A DNA stretch of 64,000 bases. It comes from Hydrolagus affinis. Taxonomy: Eukaryota. The stretch's first letter is position 1. Each line of letters starts with the position of its first letter. This document shows positions 40,858-54,078 of this stretch, piece by piece. Under the pieces are notes generated by a model, which did no database searches, was not told the DNA's origin, and was given only the letters and a program-made list of their open reading frames with translations. The translations under genes were made by a program, and so were the position numbers. The stretch is taken from NCBI GenBank assembly GCA_012026655.1, contig JAAILG010000144.1:1-64000 (forward strand), in the 5' to 3' direction.

Positions 40858-41754
40858 CTGAAATAGAGCATTGTGACACTTCCAAAATAACTTGCAAGGC
40901 AAATTCTATACCTTTTTGAAACAGTCATGTGAACAGATAAACCAATGCCTAAAAGTCAAGACTGCACTGGTCTGTTACATCATAACAATGTAACTGGTAC
41001 TATTTTAGTACAGTCTCTTCGATTGACTAATGGGCTTCAGGTCTTGTGATGTGACACTAATAAAACATATGTGCCACTGAAACTCCATACAAGAGACTAA
41101 AGTCCTGCCCTGAGACACAGCACAGATTTATAATTGTAACCCTTCATCGACTGACACTGGATCTGTGACCGCAGGGCTTAAAACGCTTACAAAAATGATC
41201 AACAAACATCATATTGCTTACTTACTATAGTTAGCTCAGTTGGGAAGCAAACTTTATTTTAACTTTATCTAATAGTTTTCAAAATATGCACTGACTAATT
41301 CTGTAATCCCAGCCTCATCACCCCAGATACAAACTGTAGACTTTATTATGATTATTTATTATTATTATTATTATTAGACCTCAACCCTGCAGAGTTTATC
41401 ATCCAAGCCTTGAAATAGCAGTTACCAGTTGGGCTGCTCAGTTAAAAAAAACGCAACTCTTTCTCTTGTCTCCAGCGTGCTTCATTGCGGTGAGTCCTCA
41501 ATCCAGCTTGTCCATGACCTACCTAGCGGCTTATAGTACTGTACCGTAACAATTGCTGTTTCATCCTAATCAGGTGTAGTTCTTCAAGCTCCCTCCTCCC
41601 TTCTCAAGAATGTAACCCCAGTCAGAAACTGACCAGGCAGGCATCTTATATTAACATTTAAAATGCGATTGAATTTTAAATGTGAGTCAATAATACTTCC
41701 AGATGCACTAAAACTGCAGAACAACAAGGCACAGGTTTAGAGTTGCAAAGGGCA

Positions 41755-41965
41755 ATTTCAGGACACCAAGGCAGGTTTGCTATACAGGGAAGGTAATTTA
41801 TGAGTGGAACAGGTTGCAAGGAAGGGTGGTTGAGGACACTGGATTCATTTTTTTTTTAAATGCTCATACTCAGATGGGGAGATGGTAGGGTGGGTGTTTT
41901 GGAGTGATGAGATTAAATGGTCTGAAAGCTCTTCTTCATCTAAACCAATCTTGTTTGTAATCTTG
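41755..41965 (+). mobile_element. Degenerate CR1-type 3' fragment
   Basis: gagtggaacaggttgcaaggaagggtggttgagg (WNRL..RVVE, the CR1 ORF2 end) followed by a 3'UTR-like tail. Confidence 0.6.
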
Positions 41966-41990
41966 CGACCAGCCAGAAACAACTTCCTAC

Positions 41991-42065
41991 CTGAATCCTC
42001 TCCGAAACATCATCGGATTTCTGGGAAACATCCGTCTCCAAATGTGGCTGGACATCACACAGCTC
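41991..42065 (-). CDS. Candidate 75-nt internal exon (phase 0: ELCDVQPHLETDVSQKSDDVSERIQ)
   Basis: Strong acceptor tctttactgttcactttctgtag and donor CAG|gtagga. Open in phases 0 and 2. Protein not recognised. Confidence 0.35.
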
Positions 42066-45000
42066 CTACAGAAAGTGAACAGTAAAGAATTAATGAACAC
42101 ATTGAATTTCACATGGAATCTGACTAAGCCTGAAATTCCAGCCTTATAATGGAAGTTATAAGCGTCATCATTTTTTTTCCCGGAATTATATGATGGAGCA
42201 TATTAACAGCGTCCTGATTAAAAACTGAACAGTGAACACAATAAACCAGCAGTGGTTATAACACCTACATAAAGTATATCAAACTGGGTAAGAAACCAAG
42301 ATCAAGATTCTCTAATCAATTTGCACTCACGGTATATCCATCTGCCTCCTCCCTATTGCGGTTTCAAATACTGACAGTAAGTCCTGACAGAAGGATTCCT
42401 GTATCAATGTGTTCTGATCCTATTGTGGAACAGACCAAGAAAAATGCTTGGAAAAGTGAAACTGGATGAACAGTAGGTTGTATGTTATCACTGAACTCTG
42501 TAGTTATCTTCATCAAATTTAACCCAATCTTCATTCCGCCTTAGAAGAATTGATCACATGCAGCTAAGGCATCTCTCAAAGCTAACACTATCAACTGTAA
42601 CTGAGATACTTTATACTGCTGTTTATATTCATTTACATACTTAGTGCCTCGTATTTTACTGCGCCATTCCTTTATGGATTCTTTTTTCATACAGATATTG
42701 CTGTCATCCTGTTCTTTCCCTGAGCTGAATAGTCTTGGGAGTGAAAGGAAATATGTACACAAAAGAGCCGTGTTAAACAAGTGATTGCAGGGAGCAGACA
42801 CGGAGGAAACAATAAACACGTAGAGAGAGAGAGAGAGACTGGAAGGTTTGTTATACATGCTTCATTTAATAAGATAGCAGCAATAACAAATCAATACAAC
42901 TTATGAGAAGTGCATTTAATATGTTTGTATTTCACTTGCTAAATAATACTCAAACGTTCATACTGGTGAAACGTTTGATTTTTTGTGACATGAGAATTCA
43001 AGACACGCTAGGGATCAGGAAAGGCTATTTGGTCAATAAATCTTATCCTCCAGCTGTTTCATCATCTTATCTTGAAACAGCTTCCAACATTTTATCGCTA
43101 GTATTGCAAGAGATTTTTTAGATTTATTCAGGGCCTTTCACATTGGGAGGATTATTAACCTGTATCAATCTGTTATTCCAAATATCTGAATAACCCTGAA
43201 CAATGATGATTTTCTTCATATCTGTGTTTGAATTATTTTTCAATCGACAATTTTACATTTAAAAAATGTTCTCAGTTATAGAAAGGAGGTCTGGAGAGAA
43301 TAGACCTACTCCAGATCTCTCGCTGAGACTGGTAGTTCAACATCATACGGCCACATTCTAACACCTTTGTTCTCTGCAGGAGGATTTATCAATTGTTCAG
43401 TGAATTTGGTCTGTAGTTCTTTCAGGACTGGTGTTATATTCAGTAGATTTCCACCGGCCACAGTGTAATCAATAAATAAACTTTTCATCAGATTGAGATA
43501 CATCGATAACAGTGTAGAGAGCAAAAATATTGACTCAAAGTCAAAAGATACCCTACTGTTTGTGCAATCATTTAATATGAAGCTGAAGATTTTACCTCTG
43601 GATAGTCCCTCTAAATTGCAACAACATATTGATTTAGGAGGTTTTAAACTCTCGGGTGCTGTTTTCCTCTTAAGCTTGCTGGCAACTAACACAAATAAGT
43701 ATAAGCTGAGAAACTTCAGAGGAAGAGGCACAAAATCACATCTGAATTCCTGCGGTTCATGAACTGAATGCAGAAATATCCCCACATTGAGTCAAAAATT
43801 CGAAGTTCGGAAACAGCAGGCATTAAGAGTGATTTCAGAGTTCGGATGCCTGTCCTAAAACATGATTGTTTTTAAGGCTGTGATGTTATCCGCCTGCCCC
43901 AACAAGATTATTTTTGTTTAATAATCACTCCCAGTTATCCATCACTGAATGAAAGCCTTCGACAATCTCAGACTTTTGACAAAGAAAAAATGGAACATTA
44001 TTTGCTATTTTGTTTCTGATGAAATGGTGGGAGCAGGAATTGAAGAAACAAACCTAGAGAGAAGTGATCCTAATTCTCAGCAGCCACATGCCAATGTAGT
44101 ACACCTGCTTTCATATCGATTGAAATATATTTATGTGGGTGACAAGTTGGAAGAGCAAAGTTTAATACACTACTGTTTTAGTCGTGGAGTCCGTGCTCTT
44201 CTAAGCACCTTTTATGCAACTTGGTTCAGAACATCATCCAGGAATGGAAATGAATATCGATTTAAATGAGATGGTGAGTAAATTCTTTGCAACGTTTGTA
44301 GTCTCACAATGGCAGCCAATTGGAACAATGCGAACTTGCCGTGAGGATGCAGTCCCGCCAATCTGCAGGGCTGTCGATTAAATAAAACTCCTGATGTCAA
44401 ACTTTCATTTCTAGAGAGAGAATGCACGACAATTGTGAGCATCAAGCGAGCGGTACAGAGTTTAATACTGGCTTGCACTGGAGGCGAGCTAACAAACATT
44501 AATACCGACGGACTTATTTGTTCATGCACGCAGCAGTGCATTGCCCTACATTGCCCTGCCTGAGCAAATCACTGCAATCGTTGTGTATATTTGAGAGAGA
44601 AATCTGGGTGCAATATTATTAGCAGATGAGACCTTGTGTGTTTACCTCTCACTCAACGCCATCAAAGAGAGGGCATTGCTCTCTTGTGTTTGTGCAGGTC
44701 TATACTGTACAGGTACAGAGTGCCAGTGGTAATGACATTTTATTGTTTCAGTGTTTAGTTTTGATTTGAGGCTCCTGTTTACAACAAGCAGCATCTCAAA
44801 AACTCCTCAGAGCAAATACAACATCGGGAAATACTTGCATTTATATAGCGCATTTCGCACGGGATGGAGTGCTTTGCAGTGATGGGGTTTGACCCAAGTA
44901 AGGGAGAAAGCAGAGGGGGAGGGCAAGTAATCACAGCACAAAGTGGTGAATTTGACGGCGTAATTTAAAGACAGATTGAAAGGGGACAAGAGAGGAATTC

Positions 45001-45175
45001 ATGATCGGAAATGATTAGCGCTGAAAGATCGATAGAAACACTCAAAAGGAAAACTGGACAATTATCTGAGTGATAAAACCATTGAGGGAGATGGTGACAG
45101 AGACTGAAACATAGGGTTAATAATAAGTATCTCATTTGTAGGGAAGATTTTTGCTCACTGTCCACTGGGCATGTG

Positions 45176-45412
45176 ATAATAATAATAATCCTTGCATTTG
45201 ATATAGTGCTTTTCACGCCTTCTAGACGCCTCAAAGTGCTTCAAGAATATACCGTAAAGTGAATTGACTATATATTTTTGGGCGAAACGCGGCAACCAAT
45301 CATAATAATCCTTGCATTTGATTTAGCACCTTATCGTGTCTTCCCGGTGTCTCAAAGGGCTTCACGGAAAATGCTGCAAAGTGAGGTGGACCGTATATTT
45401 TGGAGGGCGAAA
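45176..45412 (-). mobile_element. Two tandem SINE 3' fragments
   Basis: ataataatccttgcatttgat appears in two successive copies (45176-45300 and 45301-45412), each followed by SINE tail sequence. Confidence 0.9.
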
Positions 45413-46574
45413 TGAAAAACAAAACATACCTCACTTAGGGAATTCACTTACAGGGAAAGTGGATTCATTCATTTCCTGCAGACCAGCAAGATTGTTTGAG
45501 TAGGAACTTGGCCTGACAACCAGATCACACTTTTACATAATGCTATAATACCGTGAGTGGCTTTAAATTGACTTAGTACAGGATCATACATAGGTTAGAG
45601 TGGTGAAAGGCACTGGGTGTTTTTTTTTACATTGCCTGCCTGCTGTGGCTTGATTTCAGGTTTTAATTGCCAGTCTCCTAGAACATCTATTATGCCCGTT
45701 GAACCTATTCGAGAGTCAGGTTACATTCACCTGCTGGAATCATCTCTTTCAGAGTTACTCAGAGCAAGGTTGAAAGGGAAAATGTAGTTGGTGTTGAATG
45801 CTTGGGATGCAATGATTACAAGGAACTTTTCTACTTGATTGCTTTGCCACGCTGTCAGCATTGGAAATGTCTTGAATATATTGTGAAGTGTACATATTGT
45901 GGTAGACAAATTGGCTGCTGCATTTGCGCACAACACTCACATTCAATTACTGTATTTTGGGATGTTGCTGTGCTATAAACAATGCATAAATTGACTGTCG
46001 CATTCGCCTATAAATATGCGGTTACTCCACGGGATAGCAATTGCCTGTGAAGCACTTTTTGATATATTACCATTATATAACATGCAAAGATTTATTACAA
46101 ACAGAAATAGAGAGCAGCGCCTTGACACTGACCCTACACTTCGACACTATGTTCTTCTGAGGTTTTGCAAGTTAAATATTGGCCCGTGTTAATGTTGTCA
46201 AATAGCTGAAGGCTCTTGGTTAAGCTAATGTTTTCAGTAAGTCTAATCAGTGTAAACTGATCTGCCACTTAACCACCGCGGCAACATTATATGCAAAGAT
46301 AGCAACGCTATATACAGTATAGCGGGTGAGTATTGATATCTGCATTTCTGTTTGTTCAACAAAATAAATCATTAAAACAGTGATCTACTCAGTGTGCTTA
46401 TCCAGTCAGGATCTGATCCATGCAAGTGGAAAAGTTGATGCTGTGAGTGATATCAGCCAGGACAATATTATTGGTCCAAACATCTGGGCTTGACCTGGCA
46501 AAACACAGCCTGGCTTCTTGCTCCAGATCACAATTCTCTGACCACCAGTTGAGATGTGTTGAGGAATTAGGAAA

Positions 46575-46740
46575 ACAACAACAACAAAATTACACTTATA
46601 TAGCACCTTTCACGTGAGGAGGTTGTCCCAAGGCACTGGACAGTCACTTTCCAGACCCGAGCTGAGGAGATGGTGGCGGGGTGGGAGGGAATGGGGGGGA
46701 TTAGGAGTTGCCGATGGGTCCATTGAGGAGGAGAGACAGG
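46575..46740 (-). mobile_element. L2-type 3' fragment
   Basis: (CAA)n aaattacacttatatagcacctttcacgtgaggaggttgtcccaaggcactg. Confidence 0.85.
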
Positions 46741-47819
46741 ATGAGCCGTTAGAACTTCTGCAGTTGAATAGTCAACTGAACTAAATTGTCACGTATTAAG
46801 AGAAGACAATGTGGCAAGTTACCAGATTCTCCGTGTCAGTTCCCACTGAAAAGGAATCAAAAGCCTTTAAGGGGAGAAGTAAATATGAAGTGATGTATTC
46901 CCTTGCTCGATTAACTTGGTTGAGTTGTCTTCAAAAACCACCCTTTTATGGGGTGGCCAAGCAGCAGAGGACCTCTCACGCGTCCATCACCATAAAGGCT
47001 CAATTAACTCCCTGGGTTAGTCCTGGAGTGTGATCTGGACACCCCCTGTTAAAAGTTTGTTGATTATAACCACCCTTTGTTAAATAACCAACTACTGTTC
47101 AAGCAGGTAATCTGAGTGTTGGGAGACAAAGGTTGTCAAAGTGTCACTTGTGATTCAATTAAACCATCATTAGGAAGACAGTACCCGAATGCAATACAGT
47201 AAAACAATTCCCAATGACTTGACACCAGGTATCCTGAGGGTATCATAATCTGCTATGATCCCGCTTCAAACAGCGGGAAGGGTATACACGAGGTTTCAGA
47301 CATCAGAAACAGTCTTTAGTGGGGAGGTGAATGGCAACTAATCATTGCGAAATAAAGCTTAGAGCTAAGGAAGAATGATTTTTCTCAGGCAGGTTTTTGG
47401 TGTAAAATGCTGGTTTTTCGTGAAGGTGGTAATGCTAACTTCAGGATCGGTAGCTGCATCCATGACTCACAAGTAATCAGCAACCCTTGGATATATATAT
47501 ATATATGTATTTTGAAAAGAAGTCTTACCTATGTTGTGAATTGAAAGAGGTCAATAGCTGCGTGAGTTAAGGCATTGGGGGAGGAATGGAATGGAACCAG
47601 TGAAATGTGAATTGAAAGGCAGGGTTCAGTGCTAGACGGTATGGGAGTCTGATCAGAGTAAGTTCAGCTATTTTACTAGCTACTGTTACCAAATGGCCTT
47701 CTTCCACACTTTTCTACATCAATTATAATTAGTTTTGTGTTTGATGTACCTCCTCTAACATTGAACCATCCCAAAGCACGGGCAATAGCTGTCGATTATA
47801 GCGACCCGGTCGTCAACCA

Positions 47820-48140
47820 CAGCAGTCAATTTGCGCAAATGATTGTCCCACAAACACCTGGGAGGGGAATGATCTATTCAGCTGGAGGATTGTTGGCCAG
47901 GATACTGGGAGAAATTCCCTTCTGTTTTTAGTCCAATGGGATATATAACAGCCAACCAAACAGGTAGATGGGACCCTGTTTGTTATTGTCTAATCCAAAA
48001 ATGGCATGTCCAATAATGAAGAAATCTCCCAGTTTTTCAGTGCAGTTTCATCTTAGACCACGAGTCCATAGCACTCATGTGGGGCATGAACCCACAAATT
48101 ATGACCTAGAAGCGAGGGTGCCATGTACCGAGCAAGGCTA
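47820..48140 (-). mobile_element. Old DeuSINE (SacSINE1-like)
   Basis: Deu core tcccacaaaca, ttgttggccaggatactgggagaaattccc and head tgaacccaca on the reverse strand. Confidence 0.65.
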
Positions 48141-48562
48141 TTGATGAACGTAGTTCTATTCCACATCATACCGCTCACTCATGTATGTATATACACACTG
48201 CAAACAGAATAAACTATTGATTTAAAACATAATCCACTAACATGGCATTTTATTTACAAGCAAAGGCTATGCCAGTTCTTTTACAAATGAAAAACATTTA
48301 TTGCATTATATAGGTCTGTAATAGAATTCACATGGATCATTGAAATAACAGTACTCAGTGTTGCTTAACTGATATTTTGTAAAATCACCGCTAGCTAACA
48401 CAATATTGTTGGATCTGTTAAAATTATAACCACCTTATGATGTGTATTATGGAAAAGGGTGATGGTCAGTTGCATTTACGCATGACAGATATCTGGATAA
48501 ATATTTAAAGCCCCATTGCTGAAGATTTACAGCCTGTAACTGAGATAACAGTTCTAAGGGTA

Positions 48563-48879
48563 GGAGTCCTGTAGCTCAGTGGTTAGAGTACTTGCCTTGC
48601 AAGCGAGAGATCTTCAATTCCAGGCAGCTCGGGGCGAAATCTTGGGCAAGTTTCCTTACTCCACATACATGCCTGATAATAATCCCTCAAGAAATAAACA
48701 ATAATAAGTTGGTCATTTTAATCCAGAACTGATTGTGGGACACTGCTGTGCGCAATTGGCTGCCACATTTCACCCACAAATATACAGTCAAATCACTTTA
48801 CAGTATATTCTGTGAAGTGATTTGAGACGTGTAAAAGACGTGAAAAGCGCTATATCAAATACAAGGATTATTATTATTA
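48563..48879 (+). mobile_element. Full-length tRNA-derived SINE
   Basis: ggagtcctgtagctcagtggttagag...cttgcaagcgag...(ATT)n. Confidence 0.95.
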
Positions 48880-49819
48880 TGAAGAGTAATGAGTTCAACG
48901 CTTACCAACATCTAGCTTTCCAGAGTTAATTCAACTCTCATGTTCAGGCCACCATACGTCAGTAGTCAAGAATACATGTCTTTTTAATGTGTAACACAAT
49001 ATATTTTTTCATCCCCGATATACATTACTAATAGGTCTATATTTGTCAACAAATTGGTACTGGCGGAAAGGGGAGAAGGCCGTCTGCAATTCAGTGAAAC
49101 CCTGGAGAAGATCAGACTTGTGGATGCAATACCGCGAGCGATTTGATTTCCCAACTGTTTCCTCACAAGGATGTAATCTCATCAACTCATCGGTACATTT
49201 CATGGATAGAATTTGCAGATTAAAATCGTCACTGTACTCAGTAGGTTAGAAAAGTTAAATACTAGTTTCTTAAAATACGCCTGCTCACTGTCTTTCTCAT
49301 AATTTTGTGACAAGTCAAATAATGATACACAAACAGAGAGGAAATCTGCATCTGTATTCAAGCATTACATCTGCACCTTTTCATAGTTGGTATGTTGCCA
49401 AGTTAAAAACACATTTAGTTTTAGTGTTGTGCCAGGAGCTATAATTACATTAGAGGATCTGATGTCCAAAGACGGAATGTAGTAAGCCCTTGGGTTTGTG
49501 CTTCGGATAAGAAGCACATTGTAACGTGAATACTCTCACACCTTGTTGAGCATTTATTGTAGTCTTTAGTACAAAAGAGCCTACTCACTGACCCATCTCT
49601 TCATTAGATCGGCGAGTGACAACGTGTAGTTATATATCTTGCGTTAAATTTCAGACTCAACTTTTCTCCTATTTGTAAATTTTCAGAGCTTTGGTTACTT
49701 CGGGTGATTTCTCTGTACAAATTGATATTCTAACTAATAATGGTAGCAGAACATCTTACCAATTGTACATATCATGGTATTTATCGAGTGAGGATCAAAC
49801 TAGCTGTTGTGGCTTTGAC

Positions 49820-49980
49820 GATAATAATAAAAATTCTTGCATTTGATATAGAGCCTTATTACATCTCCGTCTCAAAGCGTTTCACACAATACCCTGTAAA
49901 GTGAAATGACTATATTTTGTGGGCAAAACACAGATTGTCCCACAAACAGTCGTGGGTGACCAATTTATTATTATTATTAT
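49820..49980 (-). mobile_element. Internally deleted SINE fragment
   Basis: cttgcatttgatatagagc...tcccacaaacagtcgtgg. Confidence 0.8.
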
Positions 49981-50296
49981 GAGCTAAAGAGGAAAGCAGG
50001 TTGTCAACAGTACCTTTGGATTACTCAAGACCCATCCTGCTCTCCTAAATGTATCTCCTTGGAATCAGCTTAAACCCCTGAGACACTCCAGTCACAGTGT
50101 TTCCCACAGTGATCTGAGTGAGTGGTCTGTAGAGAACAGCTGCCCTATTTCCAAAAATATTTGACCAATACATTTTAAAATGTATTCATTGGACTCTTAA
50201 ATTTTCCTTGGAGCTTGGGACACATTTCCAGGGTAGCTCCTAATCATTATGCCTTGGAAGAAGTGAATTTTGAATGTAAAAGTTTGTTCGGCTTAC

Positions 50297-50404
50297 TCTC
50301 ATACAATCAATGTCCAGTAAACAAGTCCAGAAGATGCTCTTCCCGTCTGATCTCTGGCTCTGCCAAGGATTTCGCCTGACATCGTAAAAGCAACTTTGAG
50401 AGGT
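50297..50404 (-). CDS. Candidate 108-nt phase-0 exon (TSQSCFYDVRRNPWQSQRSDGKSIFWTCLLDIDCMR)
   Basis: Acceptor cccttccttgtcatttaatcag, donor AGA|gtaagc, open only in phase 0. Protein not recognised. Confidence 0.2.
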
Positions 50405-50749
50405 CTGATTAAATGACAAGGAAGGGAATGAGAAATTGGATTTCAAATATATTTATAGCTAAAGCGCATGCAGTAAACGCTCACAGATACCGCTTAATTG
50501 CAAATGGAGCAATGCAAATCAATCCCGTAATTTATTGCCAAGACGTGCAACAAAAATCTAATAGTCATAACAGTTACCTGCCCAAATCACTCCCTTTACG
50601 AATGATAATAAATGCTCACGAATATAAATTCACGGGCAATGTATCGTTAATAGTGAAACTTACAAAATGATGATAAGAAGAGATGGTCAGCCACATTTCA
50701 CAAGAAACAATCTCATTCTTTGATCCCTGCTTTCCAGAACACCAAACCT

Positions 50750-51010
50750 CAATTGGTATCTCTGAGTCAGAAAGTTGTGGGTTTAAGTGCTATGTCGGGG
50801 CTTTGAGCTCATTTTGTCTGTAGACTAACACCCCAGTACAGTGCTTGCTACATTGGCGGATTTTTTTGAATCAGAGGTTAAATCACAGATCCACTGGTCT
50901 GTTCAGGTGCATGTTAAAGGTTCCATGGCACCACCCTCAAAGATAAGGGAATTTCTCTGATTGGCAAACAATCCATCAGATAAAATTAATTATTCACTTC
51001 ATGGCTGTGT
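50750..51010 (+). mobile_element. Old DeuSINE (SacSINE1-like)
   Basis: ctctgagtcagaaagttgtgggttta head; ctgttcaggtgcatgttaaaggttccatggcac core. Confidence 0.7.
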
Positions 51011-51847
51011 CACTTCATGGATTCAATATTGTATCCCATCTTCTCATTACAGCATGAATCATTTTAAAGATGTCCATTGACCCTGCCTCTGCCAACCTAC
51101 CTGATAACTTATTCCACCCATCCTTACTTTAATGTAAAGAGATGCTTTTAGATGACTTTCCTGACATACCTTGATTGCTTCAAAAATGTGGCCTCTTGTC
51201 CTGCTGTCTAGCATAGCTCAACGTTATACAGATCTGGATTTACTTTGTCTATTAAGATGGACCCAAATTGAATCCAACGCTTGTAAATCCCAAACTTTCC
51301 TGAATTCTAGCATTTGTGCACCTAGAATAATTGGAAGCAATTTTGGGACCCAGCACAGGTCAAATCCACAGCTGTTTTACATTCTGTTGTATTATTCATT
51401 TCGGTGACGATTCGGATTGAAAATGAAGGAGACTGCGTGCATTTTAAAAACAATCACAGTGAGTGCTGAAAAATGAGCAGTTGTTAAAGAGACGCAGTTG
51501 TGCGAAAAGAATTGTGACGCCACTCTGAGAATGACACAGACACAGGTCAAATGGCACAGAATTTTTAAGCCATTCGAATTAAAACCACTGCTCTAACATT
51601 CATTTGTCTCACTATGTTCTGAAAAGATAACAGAATTTACAATGATGCTGCTGCAAAATACATATGCTGCTTTATGAACTCGTTTGCCAGGAAATGGTTG
51701 GGAAATATTGCAAGTAATATTATCCCAAATCATCATTCAATGTCAGCTATTAGAGTTACTAAATAATTTACTCTGAACATAACCATTCTGAAGCAGGGTG
51801 ACTGACAATACGGCTTTTCCAATAATAATTTCACGTGCTGATTTTAA

Positions 51848-52035
51848 CTAGCTAAACTGGAACAAGAGGATTATGGCTATCGACAAAGGAATCATTCTGC
51901 TAAAGGCAGCTCGGTTAAATATAGCAACATGAAGATTGCATATGCTCATTTTAGCTAGATAATCAAACAGAAGGATTAGGTTCATTGATAAAAGGTTCAT
52001 TCTGCTGAAGGCTGCTTTGGTTAAATATAGTAACA
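51848..52035. repeat. Diverged tandem duplication, period ~106 bp
   Basis: tcattctgctaaaggcagctcggttaaatatagcaaca versus tcattctgctgaaggctgctttggttaaatatagtaaca. Confidence 0.85.
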
Positions 52036-52789
52036 AATAATAGTAACTAGCTTTGACATTTCATTGTAAATAATTCAATGGCATGCAGAAATTCCTCCTG
52101 TGAACTCAAATCAGTAACAGACAGTGAACATTCTGCAGAAAGCTAGACTTAGTTCACCACCGCTGATAAGGTGTAAAAGGGCAGAGAAGAGATTGTTTAG
52201 GATAATGTATCTTTATATTGCAAAGCACAAATACGGTGTTCAATAAAGGAATACTCAAACAACATTTCAACCCAGTCCTACCATACATCTTCAGAGCTTT
52301 GCATTGAGGATAGGTGGAACTCCTACAGTGTACAATATTCTGCCAGCAATACTCTGCAAAGGTCCACGCTCCCGCGTCAATAGATCATGGTATACATTTG
52401 GCCGTCAAACCTACATAGTAGTGTCCTGAGGTCATATGAAAGGTCGAGGATGAGAAAAGGCCATTCAACCCAAATGAAGTTCATCCATTTGGCTGCAGCG
52501 GTACATTTCCTACCACAGGATATCTAAACCCAGTCAGTATTTATTTTTCCAACTAATTTCAGGCATTGGTTGCGTCCACAAATTCGCTGGCCTTCGATTG
52601 AATTAACCATTGCGTGGAAGTGCCATTCGCTATTTGTTAAAACACATTTGTACGTTTTAAATACCACATCAAGCATTTAGCACAGAGGCTCACGTAGAGT
52701 ATAGACACTGGCTCAGACTAGTTGGGCCGAATGGCTTGTTCGGTTGTGGTACAGTATATGCAAATTATTAATATTACATAATATTGATG

Positions 52790-52941
52790 AAAAACAACAC
52801 AATAATAAAATTGGTCATCCACGACTGTTTGTGGGACACTGCTGTGCACAATTGGCTGCTGCATTTCGCCCACAAGCACTTTGAGACGTCCAGAAGATGT
52901 GAAAAGCATTACATCAAATGCAAGGATTCTTATTATTATTA
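52790..52941 (+). mobile_element. Partial SINE (core plus tail, internal deletion)
   Basis: ccacgactgtttgtgggacactgctgtgcacaattggctg...caaatgcaagg. Confidence 0.9.
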
Positions 52942-53839
52942 CATCTGTGTAAAGTAATGTGCTACAAATAGCATTGAAAAGATGCAACTTAAATTCCTTA
53001 GCATTCAGCTTTATTTATATTGCATGGAATTCAGGAATATCTGTTGGTTATACAGTGCTATGTTGATGGGCTGAAACAGATTTTGTGCGAATGTAATATG
53101 ACAACTGACATAATTTCCATAATGGATGTGATGAATTATTCTGTGAATACATGAGCTGTACGTGAGGTTGCAAAAGTGAATCGACACTCAAAGCGGCAAA
53201 TAATTACCTTAATTAAAGTCAGTGGTTGAAGCTGTTTTGTGGACTGGACTTGTAAGCTCTGAAAAGGATCAAGGCTGGAAGGTACAGAAAAATGTTCAGC
53301 ATGAATTTACATTCACCTCTCTTTTAGTTATGGTGTGTTAGCACTGCGAATTGCGCAACCTCTGAACGGCAGCGTTCATGTGCAACACATTTTCAGGTAA
53401 GCAAAAAACGTTGGTTAGGGTTGATCACCATTTGCAAGAAGATACCAACAGACTGTAGCTGGAGTCACTGCAGCAAATCTAAGCAATGTTTAATTTAAGC
53501 ATCACTTCAATTCAATTGTTCCCCCCCGGATAATTAGAGAATGAAATTGCATTGAGCAATGTTCCAATTTGGGTCTCGACATCTCCGATTGCCTGGTGTG
53601 GCTGTACACTGTACACTGGGTTGTATACTGGAAAGAAAGTAAGGACCTTGCCATTCAATTATCAAGAAGATTGAAGAGAGATGGAGGATAGAATTTAAAT
53701 AAAAGATGCCAGCCCCTATATGCAATCAAGCAGTAGTGCCATGAAGTGTTGCGTGTCTATGTGGTGATAGTTGGCGATAAGTTTCATGGCTGTTTGTAGG
53801 ACATTGCTGCGTGCAAATTGGCTGTAACATTTGCTTATA

Positions 53840-54078
53840 AAATAATAATAATAAAATAATAATCCTTGCATTTAATATAGCGCTTTTCACATCTTATCGA
53901 CGTCTCAAAGCGCTTCACAGAATATACTGTAAAGTGAATTGACTGTATCTTTGTGGGTGTAAATGGTAAAAAATACACCATATATTCCGCAAAGCGCTTT
54001 AAGATGTCTCGAAGACCTGATAAGGTATTACTGTATATGAAATGCAAGGATTATTATTGTTGCTGTATTATTATTATT
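53840..54078. mobile_element. Two adjacent inverted SINE 3' fragments
   Basis: Minus-strand copy at about 53840-53957; plus-strand copy at about 53975-54078. Confidence 0.85.

Noticed and set aside
42331-42419. In-frame TGA in a candidate exon (possible selenocysteine)
   Set aside because: Another frame is fully open, and there is no selenoprotein motif or identifiable SECIS.
43306-43785. Longest ORF in the track (159 aa, minus strand)
   Set aside because: GTG start, no recognisable family, and no convincing acceptor for the protein-like C-terminal half.
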